Origin: Candidatus Yanofskybacteria bacterium RIFCSPLOWO2_02_FULL_44_18
GTDB taxonomy: Bacteria; Patescibacteriota; Minisyncoccia; 2-02-FULL-40-12; GWA2-44-9
Direction: 5' to 3'
NCBI GenBank assembly: GCA_001794755.1
Contig: MGKT01000006.1
Location: forward strand, 115,045 to 179,044
DNA length: 64,000 bases
The notes below the pieces were generated by a model, which was not told where the DNA came from, did not search any database, and saw only the letters and a list, made by a program, of their open reading frames with translations. Shown in pieces: positions 10,233 to 20,400 of the stretch. Positions within the stretch are counted from its first letter, which is position 1; every line of letters begins with the position of its first letter. The translations under genes were made by a program, and so were the position numbers.

Positions 10233-11231
10233 CTATCTGTTGCACTCAAGAGAATTAACCGTCCACGTTGTGCCAATAACACGGGCATAAACCCAATCCC
10301 CAGTTTCGTTCTTCATCTGGAAACATGTACCCTTGGATGAAGCCGCACTGCTGCCAAACAGGATACTAACTGTGGCAGTATTAGTGGAACCCCCACCAAA
10401 CTCAGCAGTATACAGCCCGGAAGATTGCGAAGCCGTGGATGAACCAACTAGAAAATTGCTGGATACGCTTAAATCACCAGTGAATGAATGGGAAGCGGTG
10501 CCGGCTCTAATTCTACCCGATGTTTCAAAATTTCCTGATACAGAAACCTTGGCATCAAAGAAGGCATTGTCGTCAAATTCTACCAGACCTGAAACGAGAA
10601 TATCGTCGGCCGCAGCTAATGAGTGGCCGGTCGTACCGATACCAAATCTAGAGTAGGCCACGGATGCGGCACCAAATGTGCCACCGGCTTGGAGAGTATT
10701 AACGGTAAAGAAGTATGATGCCGAGGCCGTGCCTTGGACTTCAAATTTTGTGGATGGTGCGCCGCCAATAGCCACATTGGCATCAAAGAAGGCATTGTCG
10801 TCAAATTCTACCAGACCTGAAACGAGAATATCGTCGGCCGCAGCCAGTCCATGGCCTGTCGTGCCAGCACCGAATCTTGAGTATGCCACGGATGCGGCTG
10901 CAAATGTGCCTCCGGCTTGAATGGTGTTGATGGTAAAGAAGTATGATGCCGAAGCCGTGCCTTGGACTTCAAAAACAGTAGCAGGATTTGTGGTATTAAC
11001 ACCGACTCTATTATTGGTAGTGTCGACAATAAGCGAAGTCACAGTTCCGGCCGCATTCTGGAATTGCGCTGCCGTGGCAGAACCAACGGTTTGCGTAAAG
11101 GTACCCGTGGTACTCATGTTCGTCCCCAAGGTGCTGGCAGCAAAAGCGCCGAAAGGCATGAGAGCGAAGGCAAAAATCAAGGCGACCGAAAAAATCGACC
11201 TATAAACAGACCCATTACGAAGTTTTTTCAT
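10233..11231 (-). CDS. Secreted beta-rich repeat protein (adhesin/fibre-like)
   Basis: Signal peptide; NNRVGVNTTNP and FEVQGTASASY repeats; internal 76-aa duplication. Confidence 0.75.
   Translation of the reverse strand: MKKLRNGSVYRSIFSVALIFAFALMPFGAFAASTLGTNMSTTGTFTQTVGSATAAQFQNAAGTVTSLIVDTTNNRVGVNTTNPATVFEVQGTASASYFFTINTIQAGGTFAAASVAYSRFGAGTTGHGLAAADDILVSGLVEFDDNAFFDANVAIGGAPSTKFEVQGTASASYFFTVNTLQAGGTFGAASVAYSRFGIGTTGHSLAAADDILVSGLVEFDDNAFFDAKVSVSGNFETSGRIRAGTASHSFTGDLSVSSNFLVGSSTASQSSGLYTAEFGGGSTNTATVSILFGSSAASSKGTCFQMKNETGDWVYARVIGTTWTVNSLECNR
10549..10973. repeat. Intragenic tandem duplication, period 228 nt
   Basis: 10549-10745 aligns with 10777-10973, including an identical run of about 68 nt. 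Confidence 0.92.
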
Positions 11232-11273
11232 ATAACTTTAATTATAAACCGATCAATGATGTGCGCAATCAAC

Positions 11274-11282
11274 TTATCCACA
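11274..11282 (+). promoter_or_regulatory. Perfect DnaA box
   Basis: TTATCCACA, intergenic. Confidence 0.5.
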
Positions 11283-11285
11283 ACT

Positions 11286-13055
11286 TTATTTATTCCTATT
11301 TATCGCCTCTATCATTTGGTCGATCTCAATTGCTTTATTCCCCAGTTCTTGGGCCCTTTTCAAGTGTATAAGGGCTTGAACATTATCACCTTTGACAAAA
11401 TAAGCTGTACCCAATAACGCTCTTACATCTACATTATTCATTTTCCCGCTAAAATACTTACTGACAGTATCAATTGCGCCGACCGGGTCACGGAGAGTTA
11501 TCTGAATATAAGCGTACCTGATGACGTATTCATCAACTGGGTAAAATTCTATAACTTTTTTCAAGCTCCGGCCTGCTTCTTCAAAACGGCCTTCTTTTAT
11601 ATAAAGCTCGGCTAAATTGATATGGGTATTGATTGAATCTGGATTTAATTCTAAAGACTTTTTATATCTTTCTTCCGCCAATCTGTAATTGCCGTCATGA
11701 TCGGCGACAATTCCTAAAAGATTCTGGATGCGAGAATTGTTTTCATGAATATTTCGGGCGATATCCAATTGTTCTCTAGCTTCTTTCCATTCATCGGCCT
11801 TTATATGTACCGCCGCCAAGGCGGCCCGGGCAACCAAACTATCCGGGACCGTATCCACGGTCGCGGTAAACAATGTTCTAGCATCGTGCCAATCTTTGTT
11901 TCTGGTAATCGTTCTGGCGCCGTAAAGTGTTACTATTAAAATTAGAATCGCGTAAGCAAACTTCTTGCCGATTGTATGGACCGATTTGGATAAAAAACAA
12001 GAAATGATGAGGATAAAGCCCAGTGACGGCAAATACATCAGCCGCTCGCCCATTATTGTTCCGACTGGTTTTATCAGATTGGATATCATTAAGTAGGGGA
12101 ACAGAAAAAACACAGACCCGAGGCCAAGCTCTGTCTTATTTGTCTTTTTATAAAACAGCAGAAACAATAAAAGACTCAAAAAAACAATCCCAAAGAGGAA
12201 ATAGGGATTTAAAGGATTAGAGATAACCGGAATAGAATTATAAGAATAATCGGCGGAAAGGCGAACCGGCCAGATAAGTTTTTCAACATACAAATAAAGG
12301 ACATTAATGGCCGTAATTAGCCTTTCACCGAGAGGGGCAAACTTTAAAGGATTAGTGATTAATGTCGTAACAGCATCTTCGACAAAATATCTGCCTAAAA
12401 CTATATATCTTAAAACCATATAGACTCCCAGCGGCAAGGCAAAAAACGACATTCTCCTTACCGACAAAAATAATTTATTTTTAACCAACACCCAATCAAT
12501 ATAAAAAATCACGGGCAGAATAGTTATCGCGATTTCCTTGCTAAGCAGGGCGAGCAAGAATGAAGTCAGGCTCAATACGGTTTTTTTCTTGATATAAAAG
12601 TGGATTGTAATCAGACTCCAGAAAAAAGCCCACAGCTCCGCCCGGCCGACAATGGAAGTTACAGCTTCGGTATGTATGGGATGAGTTAAAAACAACAGGA
12701 AGACGGCATAAGATAAAAATTTATTTTTAAATAAGTAGTTTACCAGGCAGAAAACCAGAAAAGAATTGAGAGCATGAATAATTATATTTACAATATGAAA
12801 TCCAGCCGGGGAATCATTAATGTAGTGATTGATAGCGTAGGATGTCATCGTAAACGGCCGATAAAGGCCCGTTTTTGGCATATTTTGATGGTATGGCGAA
12901 ACAAAAAGATTAAAAAAATTTCTAGCATCTTTGACATCCGGCCTATTTTGAATAACAGTCACATCATCAAAAACAAACTCGCCGGAAATGCCGTTTCCGA
13001 ATACTAAAAAAGATAAGACGAGAGACGCCAGGAAAATCTTTTTGAACTTAAGCAT
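11286..13055 (-). CDS. TMTC-like protein O-mannosyltransferase (GT-C plus TPR)
   Basis: FVFDD, YRP, HPIHTEAVTSIVGRAEL, SKE, LSADY, GERLMYLPS, TPRs. Confidence 0.85.
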   Translation of the reverse strand: MLKFKKIFLASLVLSFLVFGNGISGEFVFDDVTVIQNRPDVKDARNFFNLFVSPYHQNMPKTGLYRPFTMTSYAINHYINDSPAGFHIVNIIIHALNSFLVFCLVNYLFKNKFLSYAVFLLFLTHPIHTEAVTSIVGRAELWAFFWSLITIHFYIKKKTVLSLTSFLLALLSKEIAITILPVIFYIDWVLVKNKLFLSVRRMSFFALPLGVYMVLRYIVLGRYFVEDAVTTLITNPLKFAPLGERLITAINVLYLYVEKLIWPVRLSADYSYNSIPVISNPLNPYFLFGIVFLSLLLFLLFYKKTNKTELGLGSVFFLFPYLMISNLIKPVGTIMGERLMYLPSLGFILIISCFLSKSVHTIGKKFAYAILILIVTLYGARTITRNKDWHDARTLFTATVDTVPDSLVARAALAAVHIKADEWKEAREQLDIARNIHENNSRIQNLLGIVADHDGNYRLAEERYKKSLELNPDSINTHINLAELYIKEGRFEEAGRSLKKVIEFYPVDEYVIRYAYIQITLRDPVGAIDTVSKYFSGKMNNVDVRALLGTAYFVKGDNVQALIHLKRAQELGNKAIEIDQMIEAINRNK

Positions 13056-14818
13056 TATTTTTTCAACCGAGAAGCAAGATCTTGAAGCAGTTTGCCTATT
13101 TCTGGATCCGAGCTGGAAAATTCAAGGCCCTTTTGAACATCTACCAGTGCCTTTTCTCTATTATTCAAGGCGAGATAAACCAGCGCTGAATTATAGTAAA
13201 CACGTGGATTATTGGGAATAATCATCTTGAGTTTCTCTATGTTATCAGCCGCTTTAGTCAAATCTCCGCGCTGGGCATATATAAATGCTAAATTTTGATA
13301 CGGATAATAAAAGGCCGGATTTATCTCTATCGCCCTATCAAATAATTTAACAGCCTCGTCAATTTTTCCTCTTGACTGGAGAATCGTCCCCAAGTTGTAA
13401 TAAGGCTGGGCAAAAGCATCACCCGATTCGATTGCTTTTCGGTAATAAAATTCTGCTTCCCCAATATTCCCTTGATTATAATATGTGTTGCCGAGATTGT
13501 TATTTATCCTCGTACTGGACGGCTCGTATCTCAAAATGTCTTTGTAAAAATCAACAGGTTTCCCCCATAAAATATTTCTTTTAACAGACTGGAAAGAAAA
13601 GAATAATAAATAAACTGCCAGCGCAATTACCAGTAAAGTCCGGCCCTGAATTTTTAATAACAGTGCATTCCTATTATCAAATATCTGAATCAGATAAAAT
13701 GAAACAATAAACCAGAACCCAATCATCGGTAGATACAGCCAGTGTTCATATATCAATGCGTTAATCGGGGTAATTCCGGAAACCGGACCAAGACCGATAA
13801 AAAATACCCCCCAGCCAAACAGCCAGATACGAAAATAAGTAATGTTTTTCTTGTAAAAAAAATATCCTATGCCGAGAATACCTGCCGTTATCCCCGCTCC
13901 CAGCCAGACAGGCCATTGGAATAAGGAGGTGTTAACGGTCATGCTTCTTTCCATATGCAGTCCTATCGGAACAAGAAGAAGTTTGAAATAATCAACCAAG
14001 ACATGCATGAAAGTGAAAATTCTGTAGAGCAGATTTTCCGAATATGCGTTAGGGGCGGAATAGAAATTCAGCGTATTTTGGAAATTCAATACTGTCAGAC
14101 GCAAAATTCCGTATATAAATACAACCGCAAAATACGGCCATAATTTTATCAGGCCTTGCTTTATAGACCTTATAAATCTCCCCTCCGATCTAAAAGAAAC
14201 ATAATAGACAAGAGCTAATAATGGAAAGATAATTGCTGTTTCCCGGCTCAAGAGGGCCAGGATCAAAGACAATAATGATAAAAATAAATATTTTGTCCCG
14301 GCCTTATCGAAGAATAAAAGAGAAAGGAGCATAAAAAATACGACAAGTAAGTCGCCTCGGCCGGAGATATACGTCACGGCTTCCGTCTGGAGAGGATGAA
14401 TGCTGAAAATAAGAGCCGTCAAAAAAGCGACAGCCGTTTTCTGGCTTTTGGAAATGCCTAATTCCAATCCGCGCAGCAGAAAAAAAACAAGAATCGCGTT
14501 GGCAATATGGATGAAATTGCTTGTCAGATGCCAAAATAGCGGTTGGGCTCCGGCTACAATATAATTAAGGGCAAATGTTAGAAACAGAAAGGGGCGATAG
14601 TAGTTGCTCTGAAGTCCGACACCGGCCAAAACATCATGGGTAAACCAAAACTTAATATTTGTCCACGAAAACTCATGGACAAATATATTATTGATTATCC
14701 AGTCAGAGTCATCCCAAAAAAGCTTATTGTTGAGATTAAAGAAATAAACAAAACCCGCGGCAATCATTAAAACGGCAATCGGAAGCCAAATATCCTTTTT
14801 TAACGCAAATTTATTCAT
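13055..14818 (-). CDS. TMTC-like protein O-mannosyltransferase (GT-C plus TPR)
   Basis: FWDD, YYRP, HPLQTEAVTYISGR, EHWLYLP, TPRs. Paralogue of the neighbouring gene. Confidence 0.85.
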   Translation of the reverse strand: MNKFALKKDIWLPIAVLMIAAGFVYFFNLNNKLFWDDSDWIINNIFVHEFSWTNIKFWFTHDVLAGVGLQSNYYRPFLFLTFALNYIVAGAQPLFWHLTSNFIHIANAILVFFLLRGLELGISKSQKTAVAFLTALIFSIHPLQTEAVTYISGRGDLLVVFFMLLSLLFFDKAGTKYLFLSLLSLILALLSRETAIIFPLLALVYYVSFRSEGRFIRSIKQGLIKLWPYFAVVFIYGILRLTVLNFQNTLNFYSAPNAYSENLLYRIFTFMHVLVDYFKLLLVPIGLHMERSMTVNTSLFQWPVWLGAGITAGILGIGYFFYKKNITYFRIWLFGWGVFFIGLGPVSGITPINALIYEHWLYLPMIGFWFIVSFYLIQIFDNRNALLLKIQGRTLLVIALAVYLLFFSFQSVKRNILWGKPVDFYKDILRYEPSSTRINNNLGNTYYNQGNIGEAEFYYRKAIESGDAFAQPYYNLGTILQSRGKIDEAVKLFDRAIEINPAFYYPYQNLAFIYAQRGDLTKAADNIEKLKMIIPNNPRVYYNSALVYLALNNREKALVDVQKGLEFSSSDPEIGKLLQDLASRLKK

Positions 14819-16781
14819 TAAAATATTTGGATAGAAATTCTCGGGCCTGTATGTTGCCTTTATCTCTTTTTAGAGCTTCTCTAAACATAAATCTGGCCTC
14901 GTCAAATTTTCCCAAATTCATATAAACACCGCCTAAAATGAAGTAATAGCGGCTGTCTTTTAGACCCAAGTCGATCGCCTTTTTTATGTTTTCAGCCGCT
15001 AATTTTTGTAGTTCTTTATCCGCGTAGGAAGCATAAGCCAATCCTTTGTGAAGATACGGGTACGGATTATCGGAATCAATCTTTATCGCTTCATCGGCAA
15101 AGTAAACCACCGGTTCCAGCCATTTAATATTATACAAAAATCGGGACAAATCAACGTTCAAATCAATTCTGTTTTTGTTGGAGTCCCTAATATGGTCTGT
15201 AATTTTGTTTGCGGCGTTTATATTTGTAATCAAAAATTTTGAAATAATATCTCCGTTTTTGATATTATTTTTAACTATAATAATTACGTCTTCATTTATA
15301 TAGGCGGTCTTCCAGTCGGGATTTTTGACAATACTTTCCAAAAAATCCTGTCCCCATGGTGTGGCATCGGCATGACCGAAAAAAATAAAATTAATATTAT
15401 ACTTGTCAGAAAATTCCTCCCATTTTTTTTCATCTTCCTGCATCGGCTTGTAAATTTCGCTGAAAAATTTTACCGAATATGCCTCCGGCCTGTTGTCAAC
15501 AAAAACTTTTTCATCGGGATAAAGATTTCCTATCAAATATCCGCCGATATCAAAGTTATTAAACATCGGCCCCTCTATTCCATTATCTTTCACAAATGTC
15601 ACCGCCCGCTCCAGTCCATTAGGCACGGATAATCCGAATGCCTTGGAAGAATTTATGTGCTTATAAAACCAATTGTTGGAAACAAGAAAAATTAGCAAAA
15701 TCAAAAAGACAGAGACTGTTATTTTAAGAACGGGGTTTATCCGGCTTGATTTTTCTAGTCTGAATCTGTCTTTAATTTTGCCAAAAATATCATTCAAAAT
15801 TATCGCCATGACCGGAAAGGAAGAAAGGGCATATAGCGGCAGATTGCGGAGCATTCTAAATCCGGCGTAGACAAAAAAAATGGAAATTATGATTTCAAAT
15901 ATTCTATTTTTTAATTTTTTCCCGGTTAAAATAAAAACTATAATCAGAGCCGATGCAGAAAGTTTAAATGTAAAAATAGACAAATTAAAATTGAAAAAAT
16001 CGGCCAGAAAAAACAAGGTTTGGTTTTCGGCAATGGTATAGCCATACTCATTCAATATATTAAAGGGTAAAATCGCGCCCTGAAATCCCTCGGGGTTGAT
16101 TAACGTGGCCAAGCTGGTCAATGCTCCAATTAGGGTTATTCTGGCAAGATTTGATTTTTTTGGAGATTCAGAATCGGACGCTGAAGTAAATAAACAATCA
16201 AGAAAAAAAGATAAAATCAGAAACGGGCCGATAAAAAAATAAATATGAAAATTCACCCACAAAATTTCCAGTACGGGCAAAAACCATAGCCAAAAATATT
16301 TATTTTCATACTTTGCTTTGAAAAGCGCGAACAGAAAAAAAGAAAGAATTGCAAAGCTAAATATCTCAGGCCGAACCTCGGTTCGTTCAATAAAAATAAA
16401 AACTGAAAGCAAAAACGATATTAAAAGCGGCCAGAAACTGGAATATTTTTTTATACCAAAAAATAGCAGTAAAAAAACACCAAAAACCAAAAGTACTTTA
16501 ACCAAAATGAGGCCAGTGAAACCGCCAAAGTTGAAAATGTGATAAAAGATGATCTCACTTAACCAATGGTGGTTTGTGAACGGAGAATTCGGCTCGGTAA
16601 AAGAGAATAGATTTGTTTTCGGAATTTCTTTTGTCTGCCAAATAATCTCCCCGACTTTCAAATGCCGGCCGATATCCTGGCCGATGGAATTGAAGCTGTG
16701 AACAGATAAAACAAAAAGCAGAGCAAAGGCGAGAACAAATAAATAATTATATTTAAGGAAGAACCACAACCGTTTTGCCAT
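14811..16781 (-). CDS. GT-C-like multi-pass membrane protein with C-terminal TPR
   Basis: DIGRHLKVG, NHHWL, RPE, WVNFH, LINP, GGYLI, FVDNRPE. Start uncertain (16781 or 16808). Confidence 0.78.
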   Translation of the reverse strand: MAKRLWFFLKYNYLFVLAFALLFVLSVHSFNSIGQDIGRHLKVGEIIWQTKEIPKTNLFSFTEPNSPFTNHHWLSEIIFYHIFNFGGFTGLILVKVLLVFGVFLLLFFGIKKYSSFWPLLISFLLSVFIFIERTEVRPEIFSFAILSFFLFALFKAKYENKYFWLWFLPVLEILWVNFHIYFFIGPFLILSFFLDCLFTSASDSESPKKSNLARITLIGALTSLATLINPEGFQGAILPFNILNEYGYTIAENQTLFFLADFFNFNLSIFTFKLSASALIIVFILTGKKLKNRIFEIIISIFFVYAGFRMLRNLPLYALSSFPVMAIILNDIFGKIKDRFRLEKSSRINPVLKITVSVFLILLIFLVSNNWFYKHINSSKAFGLSVPNGLERAVTFVKDNGIEGPMFNNFDIGGYLIGNLYPDEKVFVDNRPEAYSVKFFSEIYKPMQEDEKKWEEFSDKYNINFIFFGHADATPWGQDFLESIVKNPDWKTAYINEDVIIIVKNNIKNGDIISKFLITNINAANKITDHIRDSNKNRIDLNVDLSRFLYNIKWLEPVVYFADEAIKIDSDNPYPYLHKGLAYASYADKELQKLAAENIKKAIDLGLKDSRYYFILGGVYMNLGKFDEARFMFREALKRDKGNIQAREFLSKYFNE

Positions 16782-17367
16782 CGCATTGTTTCTCGAAAAC
16801 CTTAACATAACCTCCCGCAGTCACAAATTTTCCCTTACCATCAACCAGTCGGCCATATTGAATCTTCGCAGTCAGTTCATATCTTTTGCTCTTGGGATTG
16901 TCCGGTAATACTACGCTTAATAAACTTTCTCCATTTGGAATGGCAATGTTGCTGAATACGTTAGGGCCTACCGATATGCTTTCGTTAGGTGTTACTGTCC
17001 ATAAGACGTTTCTGCCAGGATGGTCAATCCCTTTATAGGTAAAGAGTGCGTCTTGATTGTCGTAGGTATTATGATCCAGGAATTTAATTTCGCCTTTTAA
17101 TGTGCAAGATGCGTCAGCCAATAGCAGATTCCAAGGAACTGGTTCGCCGTAGAATGTAGTCCTGCCATCGCCGGTCGGAAGCGGAACTTTTGAAGTTCTC
17201 GGCGAAGATGACGGAGATACCGACGGGGAAACTCCGATTGATTCTTGCGGTGATGATGTTGGTGTCAATGTTTCTAAGGCAACATCGTCTCCGTCCTTAG
17301 AAAAATAGAATACTGACGATACTAGTATGGCCACTAAAACTACAGGAATGAATATTTTTTTAATCAT
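16753..17367 (-). CDS. Hypothetical secreted protein with Ser/Pro/Thr linker
   Basis: N-terminal anchor, SPSVSPSSSP, one Cys pair; TGaTAGCAT lies 6 nt before the ATG. Confidence 0.75.
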   Translation of the reverse strand: MIKKIFIPVVLVAILVSSVFYFSKDGDDVALETLTPTSSPQESIGVSPSVSPSSSPRTSKVPLPTGDGRTTFYGEPVPWNLLLADASCTLKGEIKFLDHNTYDNQDALFTYKGIDHPGRNVLWTVTPNESISVGPNVFSNIAIPNGESLLSVVLPDNPKSKRYELTAKIQYGRLVDGKGKFVTAGGYVKVFEKQCDGKTVVVLP

Positions 17368-17403
17368 CCAATGATGCTATCAAAATATATCAATTATGTA
17401 AAC

Positions 17404-17432
17404 CAAAACCCCCGCTCAAGGCGGGGGTTTTG
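17404..17432. terminator. Strong intrinsic terminator after the S-layer-like gene
   Basis: CAAAACCCCCGC-TCAAG-GCGGGGGTTTTG. Confidence 0.85.
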
Positions 17433-17475
17433 TCTTCCCTAATATCCCTTAGAAATCAGGACATCTGGAATGAGA

Positions 17476-20400
17476 TTACCTCTGGAATGTCGGACCGTAC
17501 AACGGAACACTTCTCAAGACACCGGTTGTTGAAGCCTGGTCCAAAGAATTGGTGTTTCCTGCATAGTCAGCCACCCAGTTAATCAATCCTGCTATATCAT
17601 CCTGTAATGTGACCTGGAAGTAGTCCGGAGCCCTGCCGGTCGTTCCGGCGTTGCCATAGTGCTGCGTCGGATTGTCCAGACGGATGCTGAAGGTTCTTGT
17701 TCCACCAGCTGGAATTTCTATATCCTGACTTCCAAAGTTGAAGGATATAGAAGCGTTCTTACCAGGCTGTACACCGGAGGCCGCGGCCGCCATGCTGATG
17801 GTTTGGCTTGTGTCAGCCGCACCAGGCGTACCGATGCTTCTCAATGTACCCGTATCAATCACGGTTCCGGATTCATCCAATATCGAGAAGGTGGTGCTGG
17901 TCGTGGTATTTACCGATGACTGACCGGAAGCCACAATCTCAAAGTTTATAGAACCAGAACTGTTGTGTTCATTGTCAAATCTCAAGTTGGAGCCGGGCGC
18001 ACCCATGGCTGTTACCGAGAATTTGAACACGATTGGTGTACCGAGCAAGCTGTAAGGCGACGAAAGCGCGACCTGTTCAATCTTCGGGAAGACCCGATAG
18101 ACATACTGGTCAAACGCGCCGGCCACATCAGCGATGTTCGAACCTGTGCCGTCAATGACAGTTCCTGAACCGTCGCCGACTGCTCTAAAGCCGTTAACAT
18201 AGCTGTTGTTGAACGAATCCATAAGATCCAAGGAGAAGAATACATCTTGCGGAGTGCTCGCAATTTGAGTCGCACCTTCCGTCTTGGTCTTCATGTTGGC
18301 GTTCACGGTAATATCCAAGCTGCCGTCCTGCGGTACATAAGGCCGGTTGGCATCGGTTGACTCCCAATTGAAGTTTACCGAAGCTCCCTGACCGAATGAC
18401 TGAGTTCTGGTGATGGTACTACCAGCCTTGTTCTTGTAGGACAAGATTACTTCTTTGACGTTCGCGGCCGCGTCTGCCTTTTCAGCGGCGGTCGAAGCAG
18501 CAATCGTCAGTTTTTCTATGTACTGGCCTTCATCCGTCGCGCTTATCCTGAACTTGGATATCGGCGCGTTGGTTTGGCCCCAGTAGACAGCACCTTTAAC
18601 CGGGCTATCAGCCGAGGTGGCCAATGTCATCGAACCGGAATTCTTGACCGTCAAAACTTGGGTCGGGCTGGTCGTGCCGTTTACGCCTGCGCTAGCTGCG
18701 CCCGGATTCACAGTGTTGGAATCAGAATCCAATGCCGTAACGTCTCCGGTGGCAGCGATATCAAAGGCATAAAGGTCTCCTGCCGTACCCGATGCTTGGT
18801 TATTGGACAAATCAACTCTAACCAGCATCGTTTTGGATGTGCCGGCCGGAATATTCCAATCCAGATTACCGAAGGTCATCGTACCAGTTCCAGAAGTACC
18901 TAATGAATTGTTGGTTACTTTTTCTGAACCGGCAATCAATGCGCCAGTTCCAGATTCATATAGCTGAACCTTGGCCATGGCGCTGGAAACCGAGACCGAG
19001 TTACCGCCATCTTCGACACCCTCATCAAAGGTTGTCGTATCAGCGGCATAACCGGTTATCTTAATCGTGGTCACTTTAAGTGCTGAAGCTTGGCTGGCGG
19101 CAAATGTGATGCCAACCGCGTCAACGTCCTTTGTACCTCGAATCTTTGTCTGGTCACTTGGCGTACCGGCCAAGCTCAAAGTCAAAGACGAAGCGGAAAG
19201 GGTAATGTTCGGACCGTTAATATCAGCTCGAGGGACAATATCAGCCGCTGCGACTGAAGTGTTTGTGCCCGAGTATTTCATTACGGTTACATCACCGGCA
19301 TCATCCGAGTAATCATCAAGAATTGCTCTGATGATACTTCCGTCAATTAATTCACCGGTAACATTGGCTGTGTTTATATCAGCCGTAACCTTGAAGTTAT
19401 ATGTCGTACCGGCCATTAAATCGAGGACATCGGTAAATGATTCCTGAACACCGCCTCCAGCCGGACAGCTGGTTGTGTCGTCGGCATGATCAAATGCTGT
19501 GGCATCCTTCGGACCGATGACAACAGTGTTGGTATCCTCGTTCCAGACTTTGAAGTCTGTAACGTCATCCCAATCTCCTTCGGTGGTTTCAGTATCATAT
19601 GTTCCGTCACCAGCTTGGTCAGCACAGAGAGTAAACTCTGTCTTCTTAACCTCAATGTTGCTGGCGGCAGTCACTGAATACCTCAAGAGAGTAACATCAG
19701 TGGCCGTGGTGCCGACAGTGCTGGCATTAGGACCATTGAATACTAATGTCAATGCTCCACCCTGAAGAGTCAAAGTCGTCGCTTCATCGGCGGTATCAAG
19801 GGTATTGGTGCCCTCAGCCATACCTTGGCCGTATTGGTCCCCAACAGCTAAAACATCTGAATTGTTCTCAAAATAGAGATCAATCGTTTCATCTTTCTTT
19901 CCGCCCACATCTCCATAGACCTTGAATGTGGCATTACCGCCTTTGGCGATAGAATAGCCGGAACCGAGGTCAAATACGAGATAGCTGTCGGAAGTTACCG
20001 AACCGGACCATTCCATGGCACCGGTTTTTATCTTGACATTGGTCAAATCGGCCGGTTTCAAGTTTCCGCCGTTTAACAGAGTCAGGCGCTTAACTGAAGC
20101 ACCTTCGGTATTGGCCGTTAACTTGAATTCCGCGAGCTGGGCTTGCTTCTGACCCACGGTTGGGTTTGAAAGCGAACCGACTTCAGCGACATCAATTGTT
20201 CCGGACGAGGTTCCTGAAGTCGTAAAGTTATTGCCGCTTAACGGTGTACCTGAAATAGCGGCTCCACCCGTTGCAACCATGCCCGTCAACTGAAGATAGT
20301 TAACGTTGCCGGCCGTATTTGCGGAAGCCATATCAGCCACGATCGAAAAATCTTTTGTTCCATTGACTGCTCCATCAGTGGAGTCCAGCAAGAACGTCAC

